Positions 60,266-64,000 of a DNA stretch of 64,000 nucleotides are shown piece by piece (the first letter of the stretch is position 1; every line of letters starts with the position of its first letter). Location: assembly GCA_018242505.1 (NCBI GenBank), contig JAFEBU010000077.1:1953-65952 (forward strand), read 5' to 3'. The notes under the pieces are model-generated. The model saw only the letters and a list, made by a program, of their open reading frames with translations. It was not told the DNA's origin and made no database searches. A program made the translations under genes and the position numbers. The stretch comes from Pseudomonadota bacterium (GTDB lineage: Bacteria; Pseudomonadota; Alphaproteobacteria; Reyranellales; Reyranellaceae).

Positions 60266-61504
60266 ATGCTGTTAGCCAAGGTCCTTTCCCGCGTATTGGG
60301 GGAAGGCCAACTGACGATCATCGATGCGGCGGGACGCTCGCATCGCATTCAGGGAGCGCAGCCTGGCCCTGCCGTGACGGTGCGGATACACGGCCGCTGG
60401 ACCGCGTTGCGCCTCCTGCTGCGTCCACGCCTTGCCTTCGGCGAAGCCTTCATGGACGGCCAGCTGACGGTCGAGAATGGCGGAATCTACGACCTGCTCG
60501 ATTTGCTCGGCCGCAATATGGCGAGGCTCGACGCGACGCCCTTCGTACGCTGGTCCTATTCCTTCCAGCGCCTGATACGCGCCGTCGAGCAGTACAATCC
60601 GGTCGGCACCGCCGAGCGCAACGTCGCCCACCATTACGACCTCAACGATCAGCTTTACGATTTCTTCCTCGATCGCGACCGCCAGTATTCCTGTGCCTAT
60701 TTCAAGACCGGCGAGGAGCCGCTGGAGCAGGCGCAGCTCGACAAGAAGCACCACATCGCCGCGAAGCTGTTGCTGAAGCCCGGCCAGAGCGTCCTCGATA
60801 TCGGATCGGGCTGGGGCGGCATGGCCCTCTTCCTCGGCCAGCAATTCGGCGTCGATGTCACCGGTGTGACGCTGTCGAAGGAGCAGCTCGCCGTCTCCAG
60901 CCGGCGCGCCCTGGAAGGCAGCCTTGCCGATCGGGTGCGGTTCAAGCTGCTGGACTATCGTCATGAGACCGGCCAGTACGACCGCATCGTCTCGGTCGGC
61001 ATGTTCGAACATGTGGGCGCCGCCCACTACGTTGAGTTCTTCCGCAAGGTGAAAGGCCTCCTCAAGGAGGATGGCGTGATGCTGCTCCACGCAATCGGCC
61101 GCATGGAGCCCCCGGGCGGAACCAACACCTGGCTGAAGAAGTACATCTTCCCGGGCGGCTATACGCCGGCTCTATCGGAGGTGACGGCGGCGATCGAGAA
61201 GGTCGGTCTCTGGGTGACCGACCTCGAGGTGCTGCGCCTGCACTATGCAAAAACGCTGCGTCTCTGGCGTGACCGTTTCAATGCCAACCGCGAACGCATC
61301 AAGCAGATGGCGGGCTACGACGAGCGCTTCTGCCGCATGTGGGAGTTCTATCTCGCCGGCTGCGAAGTGGCGTTCCGATACATGAATCAAATGGTGTTCC
61401 AGATCCAGATCGCCCGCAAGCAGGACGCCGTGCCGCTCACCCGCGACTACATGGTGGATGCAGAACGCGGAGTCGCCACGGCCCGCTCGATGGCAGCGGA
61501 GTGA
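60266..61504 (+). CDS. cfa: Cyclopropane-fatty-acyl-phospholipid synthase
   Basis: HHYDL.DQLY..FLD..RQYSCAYF, LDIGSGWGG, SVGMFEHVG, KYIFPGG and RMWEFYL motifs. Confidence 0.93.
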   Translation: MLLAKVLSRVLGEGQLTIIDAAGRSHRIQGAQPGPAVTVRIHGRWTALRLLLRPRLAFGEAFMDGQLTVENGGIYDLLDLLGRNMARLDATPFVRWSYSFQRLIRAVEQYNPVGTAERNVAHHYDLNDQLYDFFLDRDRQYSCAYFKTGEEPLEQAQLDKKHHIAAKLLLKPGQSVLDIGSGWGGMALFLGQQFGVDVTGVTLSKEQLAVSSRRALEGSLADRVRFKLLDYRHETGQYDRIVSVGMFEHVGAAHYVEFFRKVKGLLKEDGVMLLHAIGRMEPPGGTNTWLKKYIFPGGYTPALSEVTAAIEKVGLWVTDLEVLRLHYAKTLRLWRDRFNANRERIKQMAGYDERFCRMWEFYLAGCEVAFRYMNQMVFQIQIARKQDAVPLTRDYMVDAERGVATARSMAAE

Positions 61505-61608
61505 GAAACTATCCGACCAACTATCAAAGTGTGGACAACATTCCTGTGCATGTTCCCGAAGTGAGCCATCCCATTGAAATCTGAGAGCTAGCCTGTCCCA
61601 TCCCTCTA

Positions 61609-63156
61609 ATGGAAAAGGCTCTCCCCATGGAGCCAGAGAAGAAAGACGATCCGGGAGACAGCACAGTCGTTAAGCTTGCTGCTGTCCGCGAAGAGCCGCA
61701 AAACGTCGAGGCGGAACAGGCACTGCTTGGCTCGATCCTGATAAACAATGCCGCCTATCACCGGGTCGGCGAGTTCCTGAAGGGCGAGCACTTCACCAAC
61801 CCGCTCCACGGCAAGCTCTTCGACGATATGGCGCGACTGATCGAGAAGGGTCAGGTCGTCAGCGTCATCACGCTCAAGACGTATCTCGAGCACAACGAAG
61901 CGATGAAGGAGGCAGGCGGCGCCGAATATCTGGCGAACCTTGCCGCCGCCTCGGTGCATGTCATCGATGCCGAGCAATACGGCCGCGTGATCCACGATCT
62001 CTATCTGCGCCGCCAGCTCATCGCCCTTGGCCATGACGTGGTGAATGGCGCGTTCAAGCCCACGATCGAAGAAAGCGCCCTGGAGCAGATCGAGACGGCC
62101 GAGAAGCAGCTCTACGATCTCGCCAGCGCCGGCCAGATCGAAGGCGGCTTCAAGCCGTTCCGCGCCTCGTTGACCGAAGCGATGAATGCCGCCGAGGCCG
62201 CCTATCATCGCGCCGGCCAGCTTACCGGCGTGTCTACCGGCCTGTTTCAGCTCGACCAACTCCTGGGCGGCCTGCACAAGTCGGACCTGATCATCCTCGC
62301 CGGCCGCCCCGCCATGGGCAAAAGCTCGCTGGCAACCAATATCGGCTTCAATGCCGCCAGAGCCTATCGCGAGGAGCACGACGCCAATGGCCGCGCGAAA
62401 GCGGTCGACGGAGCCGTCGTCGGCTTCTTCTCGCTCGAGATGTCGGCAGAGCAGCTCGCGACCCGCATGATCTCCGAACAGGCGGAGATCCCCTCGGAGA
62501 AGATCCGCAAGGGCGAGCTGATCAGCGCGGACTTCGACCGGGTCTTGTCCGTGTCGCACGAGCTCGAGCATCTCAACTTCTTCATCGACGATACGCCGGC
62601 GCTGTCGATCGCCGCTCTCCGGACGCGCGCACGCCGGCTCAAGCGCACGCACGGCCTGGGACTGCTGATCGTCGACTATCTGCAGTTGCTTGCGCCATCG
62701 GGCAGGACGCGTCAGGAGAACCGCGTGCAGGAAGTGTCGGAGATCACGCGCGGCCTCAAGACCCTGGCCAAGGAACTCGACGTGCCGGTGCTGGCGCTCA
62801 GCCAGCTCAGCCGCGCCGTCGAACAACGCGAGGACAAGCGCCCACAGCTCGCCGACCTGCGCGAGTCGGGATCCATCGAGCAGGACGCCGACGTCGTCAT
62901 GTTCATCTACCGTGACGAGTACTACCTGATGCGCGACGAACCGCAGCGTCGTGCCGAGGAAAGCGATCAGCGCTTCAACGAACGGCACGACGCCTGGCGG
63001 CAGCGCTGCGAGCAGCAATACGGCAAGGCCGAGGTGATTGTCGCCAAGCAGCGCCACGGCCCGACCGGCATCGTGAGGCTGGCGTTCGAAGGCCAGTTCA
63101 CCAAGTTCGGCAATCTGTCCGCCGACGACGATCGATCAGGCGCGCCGGCCTTTTAG
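61609..63156 (+). CDS. dnaB: Replicative DNA helicase; start uncertain
   Basis: EAEQALLG, AGRPAMGKS, SLEMS, VDYLQL and SDL-equivalent ADLRESGSIEQDAD motifs. Confidence 0.97.
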   Translation: MEKALPMEPEKKDDPGDSTVVKLAAVREEPQNVEAEQALLGSILINNAAYHRVGEFLKGEHFTNPLHGKLFDDMARLIEKGQVVSVITLKTYLEHNEAMKEAGGAEYLANLAAASVHVIDAEQYGRVIHDLYLRRQLIALGHDVVNGAFKPTIEESALEQIETAEKQLYDLASAGQIEGGFKPFRASLTEAMNAAEAAYHRAGQLTGVSTGLFQLDQLLGGLHKSDLIILAGRPAMGKSSLATNIGFNAARAYREEHDANGRAKAVDGAVVGFFSLEMSAEQLATRMISEQAEIPSEKIRKGELISADFDRVLSVSHELEHLNFFIDDTPALSIAALRTRARRLKRTHGLGLLIVDYLQLLAPSGRTRQENRVQEVSEITRGLKTLAKELDVPVLALSQLSRAVEQREDKRPQLADLRESGSIEQDADVVMFIYRDEYYLMRDEPQRRAEESDQRFNERHDAWRQRCEQQYGKAEVIVAKQRHGPTGIVRLAFEGQFTKFGNLSADDDRSGAPAF

Positions 63157-63163
63157 GATCATC

Positions 63164-64000
63164 GTGTCGCATTCCACCAACTCCGACGCGACGCGCCGGG
63201 CGGGCGCCGTTTTGACCGTCGATCTGGCCGCGATCGCCGCCAACTGGCGGGGCCTGCGCGATGCCGGCCGCGCTGCCGGCCGACCGGTCGAATGCGCCGC
63301 CGTCCTCAAGGCCGACGCCTACGGCACCGGTGCGACGATTGTGGGCCCGAGGCTTGCCGCCGAGGGCTGCCGTCAATTCTTCGTCGCCCATATCGACGAA
63401 GGCATCGCCCTGCGGGCTGTCCTGCCCGACCATCCGATCTATGTCCTGAATGGCCTTCTGGCCGGCACCGAGCCCGACTTCGTGGAGCACGGGCTCACGC
63501 CGGTGCTGAACCATCTCGGCCAGCTCAACGCCTGGCGCGCCGCTGCCCAGCGCTACAATCGCGCCCTCGATGCCGTGATCCACATCGATACCGGTATGCA
63601 TCGCCTCGGCTTCGGGCCCGAAGAGGAGCAGGTGCTGATCAACGAACGCGGCCGGCTGCGCGGGCTCAGGCTGGCGCTGCTGATGAGCCATCTCGTCGTC
63701 TCGGAGGAGCCGGGCAACCCGATCAACAGCGAGCAGCTCTCGCGCTTCCGCACTTTCGTGCGCGCGATGCCCGGCGCGCCCGCCTCGCTGGCCAACTCGT
63801 CGGGCATCTTCCTCGGACCCGACTATCATTTCGATCTGCTGCGGCCCGGCGCGGCGCTCTACGGCATCAACCCCCTGCCCGGCCAACCCAATCCGATGCT
63901 GCCGACGGTGCGGCTCGACGTACGCATCCTGCAGACCCGCGTCATTGACGCTCTGCAGACCGTTGGATACGGTGCCGCATGGCGGTCCGCGAGGCCGAGC
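63164..64000 (+). CDS. alr: Alanine racemase, 3' end runs off the window
   Basis: Manual translation from GTG 63164: VDLAAIAANW, AVLKADAYG (PLP Lys), HIDTGMHRLG, SLANSSG and LRPGAALYG. Absent from the ORF track. Confidence 0.95.
   Translation, partial: MSHSTNSDATRRAGAVLTVDLAAIAANWRGLRDAGRAAGRPVECAAVLKADAYGTGATIVGPRLAAEGCRQFFVAHIDEGIALRAVLPDHPIYVLNGLLAGTEPDFVEHGLTPVLNHLGQLNAWRAAAQRYNRALDAVIHIDTGMHRLGFGPEEEQVLINERGRLRGLRLALLMSHLVVSEEPGNPINSEQLSRFRTFVRAMPGAPASLANSSGIFLGPDYHFDLLRPGAALYGINPLPGQPNPMLPTVRLDVRILQTRVIDALQTVGYGAAWRSARPS

Overview
GC-rich alphaproteobacterial chromosome window (Reyranella/Rhodospirillales-like; this is inference from gene content and order). The backbone is core genes: prfB (+1 frameshift), mrcA, amidase, rne, PLP aminotransferase, GGT-like lipoprotein, M48 protease, dsbA-like, aroQ-accB-accC-aat, DUF2155, mlaD, NDUFA12-like, nrdJ, GNAT, clpS-clpA, D,D-carboxypeptidase, galU-ugd-pgm, fabD-fabG-acpP-fabF-mltG, rpsF-rpsR-rplI, cfa, dnaB and alr (partial). 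Two accessory-looking blocks interrupt it. The first (~9.7-23 kb) holds a LysR/flavin monooxygenase/hydrolase/MFS unit, a GntR unit with two identical operators, a desaturase and a DUF6166-like gene, and two acyl-CoA dehydrogenases. The second (~27.8-33.7 kb) is tyrosine/homogentisate catabolism. No CRISPR array, rRNA, tRNA, integrase or intact transposase was seen. The most unusual signals are absent from the ORF track or unexplained by it: (1) an 18-aa Lys/Ala micro-ORF (MAAKKKAAKKKAAKKKKQ) with a strong RBS, followed by ~190 nt of stacked hairpins and an intrinsic terminator, directly after nrdJ; (2) an 8-bp microsatellite after prfB that reads EEEKKRRR in all three minus-strand frames; (3) a diverged 206-bp tandem duplication at the rne/MFS junction; (4) a 57-aa two-TM ORF coupled to clpA; (5) a GGT-fold lipoprotein lacking the catalytic Thr. 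All family assignments are by motif recognition; no database searches were run.
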